Below are positions 18,099 through 27,041 of a stretch of DNA of 64,000 bases, piece by piece. A program made the translations under genes and the position numbers. Location: the NCBI GenBank assembly GCA_020635035.1, contig JACKAO010000004.1:286234-350233 (forward strand), read 5' to 3'. The notes beneath the pieces were generated by a model, which was given only the letters and a program-made list of their open reading frames with translations, did not search any database and was not told where the DNA came from. Each line of letters begins with the position of its first letter. Positions within the stretch are counted from its first letter, which is position 1. The stretch comes from Calditrichia bacterium (lineage in GTDB: Bacteria; Calditrichota; Calditrichia; Calditrichales; J004).

Positions 18099-19106
18099 AT
18101 GATTAATGTTGGTGTTATTGGTGTTGGCTATTGGGGGCCAAACATTATACGTAATTTTTATGCTCACCCTAAAACTAATGTTGTTAAATGTTCTGATTTG
18201 AGAGATGAGCGTCTGGCATATGTGAAAAAAACATATCCGGTTATAGAAACTACCAAAGATGCAAATGATGTAATTAACGATCCACGAATTGATTTAATCG
18301 CAATTATTACTCCGGTTTATACCCACTATGAATTGGCTAAAAGGTGTTTAGAAGCAGGAAAGCATGTTCTTATTGAAAAGCCTATGACCAGTAATAGTGC
18401 CGATAGTGAAAGGTTAATTGAATTAGCAAAAAGTAAAAATCTACAAATATTTGTAGACCATACTTTTGTGTTTACGGGTGCTGTTGCAAAAATAAAGGAA
18501 ACTATAAGCAGCGGTGAACTCGGTGATTTGTTTTATTTTGACTCCGTCAGGGTGAATTTAGGATTATTTCAACATGATATTAACGTGTTGTGGGATTTGG
18601 CACCACATGATATTTCCATAATGCAGACACTGTTGAATTTAAAACCGGAAAGTGTTGTTGCTACGGGATCGGACCATCTTAAAAATGGTATAGAAAATAT
18701 TGCCTATTTATCTGTTTATTATCCGGATAATGTTATCGGTCATATCCATGCTAATTGGTTGTCGCCCGTAAAAGTAAGGCAAACTCTTATAGCCGGTACT
18801 AAGAAAATGATTGTATGGGATGATATTGAACCAACAGAAAAAATTCGTATTTATGACAAAGGAATTGATGTTATTGAGACAGCCAATCAGGTATATGATA
18901 TGCTAATACAATACAGAACAGGGGATATGTATTGTCCCAAAATTAATTCGGCAGAAGCCTTAACTGTTGAAGTCGATAATATTGTTGCATGTCTTGAAGA
19001 AAATCAAAAAAGTTTAGCAAATGGTGAAGATGGTTTAATGGTAGTAAAAATTTTAGAAGCAGCTGAAAAGTCCCTTAAAAATCGTGGCCAAGAGGTAAAA
19101 ATATGA
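18099..19106 (+). CDS. Gfo/Idh/MocA-family sugar-nucleotide 3-dehydrogenase (WbpB/GnnA-like)
   Basis: N-terminal Rossmann motif (VGVIGVGYWGPN) and EKP motif (LIEKPMT). The context with an LbH acetyltransferase and a DegT aminotransferase supports the call. Confidence 0.75.
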   Translation: MINVGVIGVGYWGPNIIRNFYAHPKTNVVKCSDLRDERLAYVKKTYPVIETTKDANDVINDPRIDLIAIITPVYTHYELAKRCLEAGKHVLIEKPMTSNSADSERLIELAKSKNLQIFVDHTFVFTGAVAKIKETISSGELGDLFYFDSVRVNLGLFQHDINVLWDLAPHDISIMQTLLNLKPESVVATGSDHLKNGIENIAYLSVYYPDNVIGHIHANWLSPVKVRQTLIAGTKKMIVWDDIEPTEKIRIYDKGIDVIETANQVYDMLIQYRTGDMYCPKINSAEALTVEVDNIVACLEENQKSLANGEDGLMVVKILEAAEKSLKNRGQEVKI

Positions 19107-19576
19107 AATATGTAAGCATTGCAGATGATGTAAAACTTGGTAACAATGTTAAGATTTACAATTTTGTGAATCTATATGGCTGTGAAATCGGAGATGAAAC
19201 GAAAATCGGAACATTTGTTGAAATCCAAAAAGGTGTAAAAATAGGAAAGAATTGTAAGGTATCGAGTCATTCATTTTTATGTGAAGGTGTAACTGTAGAA
19301 GACAATGTTTTTATAGGTCATAACGTTACATTCATTAATGATATGTACCCAAGGGCAACAAATGATGATGGTGCACTGCAGACAGAAGATGATTGGGAAT
19401 GCATTGAAACGTTTGTCAAAAAGGGTGTTTCAATTGGTTCGAGTGCCACAATACTTGCTGGAATTACAATAAATGAGGGTGCAATGATTGGTGCCGGAAG
19501 TGTTGTAACAAAAGATGTTCCTGCAAATACAATTGTTGCCGGTAATCCCGCAAGAATAATCAGAAAAGTTAAATAG
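19103..19576 (+). CDS. Left-handed beta-helix (hexapeptide) N-acetyltransferase (WbpD-like)
   Basis: Hexapeptide repeats throughout (IGDETKIGTFVEIQKGVKIGKNCKV...). ATGA overlap with the upstream gene. Confidence 0.8.
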   Translation: MKYVSIADDVKLGNNVKIYNFVNLYGCEIGDETKIGTFVEIQKGVKIGKNCKVSSHSFLCEGVTVEDNVFIGHNVTFINDMYPRATNDDGALQTEDDWECIETFVKKGVSIGSSATILAGITINEGAMIGAGSVVTKDVPANTIVAGNPARIIRKVK

Positions 19577-19586
19577 GAATTAGAAC

Positions 19587-20696
19587 ATGAAAATACCATT
19601 TCTTGATTTAAAATCTCAATATTTAAGTATTAAAGATGATGTAAACCCAGCTATTCAGAATGTTTTAGATAACACAGCCTATGTCTTAGGTCCGGCTGTT
19701 AAAAATTTTGAAGATGAATTTGCATCAAAGCATCAAACAAAGCATTGTGTTGCAGTGAGTTCTGGAACTGATGCAAACCATCTTGTATTATGGGCTTTGG
19801 ATTTAGGGCCCGGAGATGAAGTAATAATACCTGCAAATACCTTCATTGCAACAGCCTGGGGAGCAACACTATGCGGTGCTACTCCAGTTTTTGTCGATTG
19901 TGAGAAGGATAGTTATAATATTGATCCGCAAGCTGTTGAAAAAGCGATCACACCCAGAACAAAAGCAATAGTAGCTGTTCATTTATATGGCCAGCCTGCT
20001 GATATGGATCCATTAATTAGGATTGGAAAAAAACATAATATTCCGGTGGTTGAAGATGCCGCTCAGGCGCATAATGCTGAATACAAAGGTAAGAAAATCG
20101 GTGGACTTGGATTAGCAACATCTTTTAGCTTTTATCCGGGAAAAAACCTGGGTGCCTATGGTGAAGGTGGTGCAGTATTAACCAATGACGACACTATTGC
20201 CAATAAAGCTAAAAGTATGCGGGATCATGGGGCCCTTGAGAAATATAACCATGAAATATATGGCCATAATTATAGAATGGAAGGTATTCAGGGAGCTGTT
20301 CTTGGAGTTAAACTTAAACATTTAGACTCATGGACGGACAACAGACGTCGCGTTGCCAATTTATATAATTCTGAGTTGTCTCAAATTAAACAGATCAAAA
20401 TTCCTCGTGAGATGGATTACGCTAAACATGTTTATCATTTATATGTTGTGCGGGTTGAAGAAGGCAAACGCGATCAATTGCGCGATTATCTGGCAGAAAA
20501 AGATATTGCAACAGGACTGCATTATCCTATTCCATTACACCTTCAAAAATGTTTCTCTTCTCTTGGGTATAAACAGGGAGATTTTCCTGTTAGTGAGAAA
20601 TTAGCATCAACAGGTCTTTCATTGCCAATATATCCAGAGTTGACAGATGAGATGGTTTTATATGTCTGCAATGCCATTAAAAGCTTTTATCTGTAA
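19587..20696 (+). CDS. DegT/DnrJ/EryC1/StrS-family PLP sugar aminotransferase (WbpE/GnnB-like)
   Basis: Typical family pattern (AVSSGTDA...EDAAQAHNAEYKGKKIG...SFYPGKNLGAYGEGGAV). Confidence 0.9.
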   Translation: MKIPFLDLKSQYLSIKDDVNPAIQNVLDNTAYVLGPAVKNFEDEFASKHQTKHCVAVSSGTDANHLVLWALDLGPGDEVIIPANTFIATAWGATLCGATPVFVDCEKDSYNIDPQAVEKAITPRTKAIVAVHLYGQPADMDPLIRIGKKHNIPVVEDAAQAHNAEYKGKKIGGLGLATSFSFYPGKNLGAYGEGGAVLTNDDTIANKAKSMRDHGALEKYNHEIYGHNYRMEGIQGAVLGVKLKHLDSWTDNRRRVANLYNSELSQIKQIKIPREMDYAKHVYHLYVVRVEEGKRDQLRDYLAEKDIATGLHYPIPLHLQKCFSSLGYKQGDFPVSEKLASTGLSLPIYPELTDEMVLYVCNAIKSFYL

Positions 20697-20713
20697 CAGG
20701 TTGTGGTTATAAG

Positions 20714-21634
20714 TTGATAAACAAAATCTTCTATCTGATTAAACCTGTTATTCCGCGTGTTGTGCAGATTTGGCTTAGGCGAATTTTAATTTCATATAAA
20801 AGGCAAAAATATGATGACATCTGGCCAATTGATTTTAACTCAGCAAAAAAACCTGCAGGTTGGAAAGGGTGGCCAGAAAATAAAGATTTCGCAATAGTTT
20901 TAACACATGATGTAGAGTTACAAAAAGGACATGATGTAAGTGTTAAATTAATGCGGATCGAAAAAGAATTAGGCTTTAAGTCTTCTTTTAATTTTGTACC
21001 GGAGAGATATATTGTTTCAGAAAAAGTGAGATCGGAGCTCTGTGAGAACGGCTTCGAAGTTGGAGTACACGGTTTAAATCATGATGGCAAACTCTTTTCC
21101 TCCAGGGAAGAATTTGATAAGAGAGCTTTAAAAATAAATAAATATATCAAGGACTGGAACGCGAAAGGTTTCCGGGCACCTGCAATGCACCATAACCTTG
21201 AATGGATTTCAGAATTAGATATAAAATACGATTTATCAACATTTGATACCGATCCCTTTGAACCGCAATCAGATGGCGTTGGGACAATATTTCCATTTTA
21301 TTATAAAAGTCAGATAACGGGTCGGGAATATCTTGAGATGCCTTATACCCTACCGCAGGATTTTACAACTTTTGTATTAATAGGTGAGAAATCTGCTGAT
21401 ATTTGGGTTAAAAAACTTGAGTGGTTAGTTGCGAATAACGCCATGGTTTTGGTAAATGTGCATCCGGATTATATCTGTTTTGAAGGTGATAAGAAAGGTG
21501 TAGAGCAATTTCCTGTTAAGATATATATTGATTTTCTTCGATATGTTAAAAACAATTATAAAGATAAATACTGGAATCCGTTACCGGATGAATTAGCAGA
21601 ATTTTGGAAAGAGAATTTTAATAATAAGAATTAA
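20714..21634 (+). CDS. Putative polysaccharide deacetylase-like (CE4-related) protein
   Basis: TTG start. LTHDVE and GVHGLNHD motifs are reminiscent of NodB/CE4-type metal sites. The assignment is tentative. Confidence 0.45.
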   Translation: MINKIFYLIKPVIPRVVQIWLRRILISYKRQKYDDIWPIDFNSAKKPAGWKGWPENKDFAIVLTHDVELQKGHDVSVKLMRIEKELGFKSSFNFVPERYIVSEKVRSELCENGFEVGVHGLNHDGKLFSSREEFDKRALKINKYIKDWNAKGFRAPAMHHNLEWISELDIKYDLSTFDTDPFEPQSDGVGTIFPFYYKSQITGREYLEMPYTLPQDFTTFVLIGEKSADIWVKKLEWLVANNAMVLVNVHPDYICFEGDKKGVEQFPVKIYIDFLRYVKNNYKDKYWNPLPDELAEFWKENFNNKN

Positions 21635-21715
21635 CTATTTATTCGCACCAAATCAAAAACATGATATATCAAAGCATATGCAGTTCTTGGCGAATATTTT
21701 TAAAGGTTTCTATAA

Positions 21716-22942
21716 ATGTATGAATCAGAAATAAACGGAATTAATAAAAAAAACCGAACTCCAATGGCGGTTATTGTTTATTCGTCTTTTCCCAGGGATG
21801 TTCGAGTTCGAAGAGAAACCGAAACGTTGCTTGGTGCCAATTATAAAATTGATTTATTTTGTCTTAGGCGTAAAGGCGAAGGGCAGTTAGCCAGAGAAAA
21901 GGGTGAAAATTTAAATATTTACAGGTCGCTTCCTGTTGGCAGTAGGGGGTTCCCGCTTCGTTATGTATTAGAATATTTTTATTTTACTCTGGCAACATTT
22001 CTCAAAGTTTCCTTTCTGTTCTTTAGAAGCAGATATAAATTGGTACATGTTCATAATATGCCTGACTTTCTGGTATTTGCAGCTTTAATCCCAAAACTTT
22101 TTGGTGCAAAAATACTGCTTGATCTGCATGATCCGACACCCGAAGTATTTATGGCAAAGTATAATGTTGATGAAAAAAATATTTTTATAAAGGTATTAAT
22201 TTTAATTGAAAAAATTAGTCTTGGATTTGCTGACTTTATTGTAACACCAAATCTGGCATTTAAAGAATTATTTGTGGCACGAGGCTGCCCTGCTTCTAAA
22301 ATCGATATTGTAATGAATGTACCTATGGAAAAAATTACAGATAGGTATGAAAATACTATACATAGTAAAATTCAACCCAGACCAAATCCTTTTGTGATTA
22401 TGTACCATGGTACAATTGTAAAGCGTCATGGACTTCTCACCGCGTTGGAGGCTATTCATATTTTAAAAGATAAAATATCTGACCTGAAATTTAATGTTTT
22501 CGGAAGAGGAGACTTTTTACCAGCATTCCTAAATGAGATTGAAACCCAAAATTTATCCGGTTTGGTAGAGTATAAAGGTTCTGTATTCAATGAAAAGATT
22601 TTCGACTATATTAATGAATGTAATTTGGGCGTTATTCCTAACCTAAATACAACTTTTACAAATTTAAATCTTCCGGTTAGAATATTTGAATATTTAGCAT
22701 TGAAAAAACCAGTAATCGTCCCCAAAACAAAAGGTATTACTGATTATTTTGACCAGAACAGCATTAATTATTTTGATGCCGGAGATGCGGAAAGTTTAGC
22801 GGAAACGATATTAGATGTTTATGAAAATTCAGAAAAGCAAAATAAGATAATTGAAAAAGGATTTGAAATATATTCCAAACATAAATGGTCTGAAGAAAAA
22901 AATGTATTAATCAGATCCGCAAATCAACTATTAGAAAAATAA
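21716..22942 (+). CDS. GT4-family (GT-B) glycosyltransferase
   Basis: C-terminal GT1/GT4 nucleotide-sugar-binding pattern (FGRGDF...PVRIFEYLALKKPVIVPKTKGITDYF). Confidence 0.8.
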   Translation: MYESEINGINKKNRTPMAVIVYSSFPRDVRVRRETETLLGANYKIDLFCLRRKGEGQLAREKGENLNIYRSLPVGSRGFPLRYVLEYFYFTLATFLKVSFLFFRSRYKLVHVHNMPDFLVFAALIPKLFGAKILLDLHDPTPEVFMAKYNVDEKNIFIKVLILIEKISLGFADFIVTPNLAFKELFVARGCPASKIDIVMNVPMEKITDRYENTIHSKIQPRPNPFVIMYHGTIVKRHGLLTALEAIHILKDKISDLKFNVFGRGDFLPAFLNEIETQNLSGLVEYKGSVFNEKIFDYINECNLGVIPNLNTTFTNLNLPVRIFEYLALKKPVIVPKTKGITDYFDQNSINYFDAGDAESLAETILDVYENSEKQNKIIEKGFEIYSKHKWSEEKNVLIRSANQLLEK

Positions 22943-22963
22943 CATTCAGACAAGGATTAGTGT

Positions 22964-23902
22964 ATGAAAAAAGCCAAAATATTAATTGCAAGTAAAATAG
23001 ATGCTTCAGCTATTACAAAACTGGAAGAAAAGTTTGATGTGATCTGTGCTTTTAATGCGGATAGTGAAACACTTAAAGAGAAAATAAAAGAATGTTCTAT
23101 TCTTGTTTTTAGAAGTGGAGTACAAATTACCAGAGAAGTGATGCAAAGCTCGGATAAGCTGCGATTAATCCTAAGGGCTGGTTCAGGCGTTGATAATATT
23201 GATATGAATTATGTTGCAGAAAATCCTTCAATTAAACTTGTTCGGATACCACAACCAGGCGCCAGGGCAGTAGCCGAGTTAAGTTTTGCCTTAATGTTGG
23301 CTCTCAGTCGGTCACTAATCGTTGCCAATCAGTCTGTTCAGGAAGGCAGATGGATAAAAAATCAGTTAACTGGATATCTTTTAAAAAACAAAGTCTTGGG
23401 GATTGTTGGAGCTGGCAATATTGGATGTACGGTTGGTCAGATGGGGCACAGTTGGGGAATGAATGTAATTGGATGTATTGACGAGGCAACCCATCCTGCG
23501 GATGTTAAACCCGCAGATTATGGAGTTGAGCTGATGAGTCTCGAAGAAGTAATGAAACGATCGGATTATGTTAGTATTCATGTTCCTAAAACAGAGAAAA
23601 CAATCTATATGATTAACAAAGAAAATTTATCTCTAATGAAACCTGGTGCTTTTTTGATGACTTTGGCAAGAGGTAAAGTTGTAAATGAAAAAGATCTTCT
23701 TGGAGCATTAACAAAGGAAAATGGCCTGGGTGGGGCCGGTCTGGATGTACACGAAGTTGAAGGCGAAGGAATGAAATCGCCTTTAGCAGGTTTACCAAAT
23801 GTAATTTTAACACCACATATTGGTGCTGCTACCTATGATTCAATGTACGAAATTGGTCAAATTGTAATTAAGCACGCCAATGAATTTTATAATTCATTAT
23901 AA
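22964..23902 (+). CDS. D-isomer-specific 2-hydroxyacid dehydrogenase (SerA-like, no ACT domain); candidate phosphonopyruvate reductase
   Basis: NAD site GIVGAGNIG. Catalytic Arg/Glu/His contexts ([21 protein letters not shown]). It ends 14 nt before pepM. The family call is firm; the substrate is an inference. Confidence 0.8.
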   Translation: MKKAKILIASKIDASAITKLEEKFDVICAFNADSETLKEKIKECSILVFRSGVQITREVMQSSDKLRLILRAGSGVDNIDMNYVAENPSIKLVRIPQPGARAVAELSFALMLALSRSLIVANQSVQEGRWIKNQLTGYLLKNKVLGIVGAGNIGCTVGQMGHSWGMNVIGCIDEATHPADVKPADYGVELMSLEEVMKRSDYVSIHVPKTEKTIYMINKENLSLMKPGAFLMTLARGKVVNEKDLLGALTKENGLGGAGLDVHEVEGEGMKSPLAGLPNVILTPHIGAATYDSMYEIGQIVIKHANEFYNSL

Positions 23903-23916
23903 AAAAGGGAGAAATT

Positions 23917-24789
23917 ATGTTAAGAAAAACTACACAGTTTAAAAATATGCTGACATCTCCGGATCTCGAATTTATAATGGAAGCTCATAACGGGCTAAGT
24001 GCAAAAATCGTTGAAGAAGCAGGTTTTAAAGGAATCTGGGGAAGTGGTCTTTCCATTTCTGCTGCACTCGGTGTACGGGATAATAATGAAGCTAGTTGGA
24101 CACAGGTTCTGGAAGTTATAGAATTTATGAGTGATGCAACCACCATACCTTTACTATTAGATGCAGATACAGGTTATGGAAATTTTAATAATGCACGCAG
24201 GCTTGTTAAAAAACTTGAGCAAAGAAATATTGCTGCAATGTGTATTGAAGATAAAATTTTTCCTAAAACTAATTCTTTTATTAATGGTGAACAGCAACAA
24301 TTAGCCGAGGTTGATGAGTTTTGCGGAAAAATTAAAGCATCTAAAGACAGCCAATCAGATTCTGATTTTTGCGTTGTGGCACGGGTTGAAGCATTAATTG
24401 CCGGATGGGGTGTTGGTGAAGCCTTGAAAAGGGCGGAAGCCTATCACAATGCAGGTGCAGATGCTATACTCATGCATAGTAAAATAGCCACTGCTGATGA
24501 AATACTAGCGTTTATGAAAGAATGGAAAAATACTTGTCCAGTTGTAATTGTACCAACAATGTATTACCAGACACCCACTAATGTATTTGCAGAAGCAGGG
24601 GTAAGTCTGGTTATTTGGGCTAATCATTTGTTAAGAACAAGTTTGACAGCTATGCAACAAACAGCGGCAACAATTTTTAAGGAACGGTCTTTAAATTCTG
24701 TTGAAGGCAAAATCGCATCTGTAAAAGATATTTTCAGAATACAGAATGCAGATGAATTAAAGCAGGCTGAAAAAAAATACTTACCTTAA
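23917..24789 (+). CDS. pepM: Phosphoenolpyruvate phosphomutase (PEP mutase)
   Basis: PepM-diagnostic EDK-X5-NS motif ([10 protein letters not shown], nt 24247-24276), DADTGYG site and GSGLS motif. Length of 290 aa fits a stand-alone PepM. Confidence 0.85.
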   Translation: MLRKTTQFKNMLTSPDLEFIMEAHNGLSAKIVEEAGFKGIWGSGLSISAALGVRDNNEASWTQVLEVIEFMSDATTIPLLLDADTGYGNFNNARRLVKKLEQRNIAAMCIEDKIFPKTNSFINGEQQQLAEVDEFCGKIKASKDSQSDSDFCVVARVEALIAGWGVGEALKRAEAYHNAGADAILMHSKIATADEILAFMKEWKNTCPVVIVPTMYYQTPTNVFAEAGVSLVIWANHLLRTSLTAMQQTAATIFKERSLNSVEGKIASVKDIFRIQNADELKQAEKKYLP

Positions 24790-24799
24790 GATTAAAATA

Positions 24800-25975
24800 A
24801 TGATTGATAATACACTACCACATGCGGTCCTTATCAGTATTGATAGTATGCCGGGGCTACAGGCAGCCCGTATTTTGGCAGCCAAAAAAATTCCGGTAAT
24901 TGCTATCGCGAAAGATAAAAATCATCACAGTTGCAGAACAAATGTATGCGAAGAAATTGTAATTACAGATACTGAATCTGAAAAATTGATTGAAAAACTG
25001 CAGGAATTAGGGCCAAAATTTCAAAAAAAAGCAATACTTTTTCCATGTCAGGATACTGATGTTTTATTGGTTTCCCGAAATAGATCCAAACTTTCATCCT
25101 GGTATGAAATAGCACTGCCTGAAGAAAATATTGTAGAGATGCTTATGGATAAAATGAAATTTTATTCATTTGCAGAAGCTAACTCTTTTCCGGTGCCCAA
25201 AACACTTATTATAAATAATAGTCGGGATCTTGATGGAGTTAAGAGTGAGTTGAATTTTCCGGTTCTGTTAAAACCTACAATCAGGACGCCTGAATGGATA
25301 GCGAATTCATCGATAAAGGCTTTTAAAATTGAAGATTTTGAACACCTTGTTTCTGTCTATGAAAAACACAGGAATTGGACTGAATCATTTGTTGTTCAAC
25401 AATGGCTTGAAGGTGATGATACTACCTTGTATTCTTGTAATTGCTATTTTGATAAGAATTCAAAGCCACATGCGGCATTTATTGCAAGAAAATTAAGACA
25501 GTGGCCACCAAGAACAGGGCAAAGCTGTCTAGGCGAAGAGTGCAGGAATGACGAAGTCCTTAATGTTTCGCTTGAAGTCTTCAAAAAAGTCAATTTTTTT
25601 GGATTGGGTTATCTGGAAATGAAGTTTGATCAAAGAACGCGTAAACATTATATAATTGAGCCAAATATTGGAAGACCCACCGGCAGATCAGCAATTGCAG
25701 AAGCCGGTGGCGTAGAGTTGTTATATAGCAAATATTGTGATTTAGCCGGATTGCCAATCCCTGAATCAATACAAAAATATGGGCATGCAAAATGGATTCA
25801 CATATTGCGTGATTTACAGTCTGCCTGGTTTTATTATAAAGAAGGAGAATTGACTTTTTCTCAGTGGGTTAAATCAATCCGTGGGAAAAAATCATATGCA
25901 ATCTTTTCATGGAAAGACCCGAAACCATTTTTAAGTGCTGCAAAAGCCGGGTTTTTTGAAATAATTAAAAGTTAG
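24800..25975 (+). CDS. ATP-grasp carboxylate-amine/thiol ligase family protein
   Basis: ATP-grasp hallmarks: FPVLLKP, VVQQWLEG, and GLGYLEMKFD...YIIEPNIGRPTG. Confidence 0.75.
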   Translation: MIDNTLPHAVLISIDSMPGLQAARILAAKKIPVIAIAKDKNHHSCRTNVCEEIVITDTESEKLIEKLQELGPKFQKKAILFPCQDTDVLLVSRNRSKLSSWYEIALPEENIVEMLMDKMKFYSFAEANSFPVPKTLIINNSRDLDGVKSELNFPVLLKPTIRTPEWIANSSIKAFKIEDFEHLVSVYEKHRNWTESFVVQQWLEGDDTTLYSCNCYFDKNSKPHAAFIARKLRQWPPRTGQSCLGEECRNDEVLNVSLEVFKKVNFFGLGYLEMKFDQRTRKHYIIEPNIGRPTGRSAIAEAGGVELLYSKYCDLAGLPIPESIQKYGHAKWIHILRDLQSAWFYYKEGELTFSQWVKSIRGKKSYAIFSWKDPKPFLSAAKAGFFEIIKS

Positions 25976-25980
25976 AATTA

Positions 25981-27024
25981 ATGAAAGATAAACTTAATTA
26001 CACCATTATTAATCCAATAGAACTTGATGATTGGGATGCAAAAGTTCAGAACTTTAAAAATTTCTCAATCTTTCATTCTTCGAATTGGATAAAAGTTCTT
26101 GTAAAAACGTATGGTTTTTATCCAAAATCGTTTGTGTTTGAAAAAAATAACGTCATTAAGGCAATCATTCCAATTCTTGAAGTAAACAGTATTATAACGG
26201 GAAAACGCGGAGTTTCTCTTCCATTCTCAGATCATTGTGATATTTTAACAAATGGGGATTTGCAGTCAGATGAAATTATTGAACATGTTCTCCTTTTTGC
26301 AAAAATGAATAAATGGGACTATGTGGAGTTTAGAAGCCTTAATAATAGCTTCAAAGGTAAGGATTCACATTTTTATCTAGGGCACATTCTCAAATTATCA
26401 GAAGACATTGATGCGCTTTATTCTGAAATGAAAAGTGCAAACAAACGTAATATCAAAAAAGCTATTAAAGAAAATGTAAAGATAGAGTTTTTAAATTCTT
26501 TGGATGCAATGAAGCAATATTACAGGCTACATAGTATGACAAGAAAGCGTCAGGGGGTACCACCCCAATCCTTTGAATTTTTTAAGAATATTTATGAAGA
26601 AATAATTTTAGACAATAAAGGACACATAATTCTTGGCTCCATTCAGGATAAAGTTGTGGCAGGTGCTGTTTTTATTTTCGCAGGTGAGAATGTTGTTTAT
26701 AAATTCGGGGCTTCAGATTATAGATTTCAAAACAGCAGAGCTAATAATTTACTTTTTTGGGAAGCCATTAAATTTTATTCAGAAAAAGGCTTTAAAACGC
26801 TGGATTTTGGAAGGACAGATCATGAACAGGATGGATTACGACAATTTAAACTAAGTTGGGGAACTGACGAAAAGAGAATATCATATTTTCGGTATAATCC
26901 GGACACGAAATCTGTTATTGATAATTCTCACACGAATGGAAAATTACAAACCAAAATTTTTAATATGATGCCGGAAAGCATGCTTAAGCTTATTGGCTCT
27001 AAATTATATAAACATATGGCCTGA
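25981..27024 (+). CDS. FemAB-like / GNAT (Acetyltransf_6-type) transferase
   Basis: Size and pattern fit FemAB/CelD-like GNATs (SANKRNIKKAIKENV...GAVFIFAGENVVYKFGASD...NNLLFWEAIKF). Confidence 0.65.
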   Translation: MKDKLNYTIINPIELDDWDAKVQNFKNFSIFHSSNWIKVLVKTYGFYPKSFVFEKNNVIKAIIPILEVNSIITGKRGVSLPFSDHCDILTNGDLQSDEIIEHVLLFAKMNKWDYVEFRSLNNSFKGKDSHFYLGHILKLSEDIDALYSEMKSANKRNIKKAIKENVKIEFLNSLDAMKQYYRLHSMTRKRQGVPPQSFEFFKNIYEEIILDNKGHIILGSIQDKVVAGAVFIFAGENVVYKFGASDYRFQNSRANNLLFWEAIKFYSEKGFKTLDFGRTDHEQDGLRQFKLSWGTDEKRISYFRYNPDTKSVIDNSHTNGKLQTKIFNMMPESMLKLIGSKLYKHMA

Positions 27025-27041
27025 AAAAATTTAGCTTTGAT

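Noticed and set aside
23917-24789. Alternative assignment of the PepM-like ORF as methylisocitrate lyase, carboxy-PEP mutase, oxaloacetate decarboxylase, or another isocitrate-lyase/PEP-mutase superfamily member.
   Set aside because: The ORF has the EDK-X5-NS motif ([10 protein letters not shown]) that discriminates true PEP mutases from other superfamily members. It sits in a glycan-tailoring context rather than a propionate or TCA-related one.
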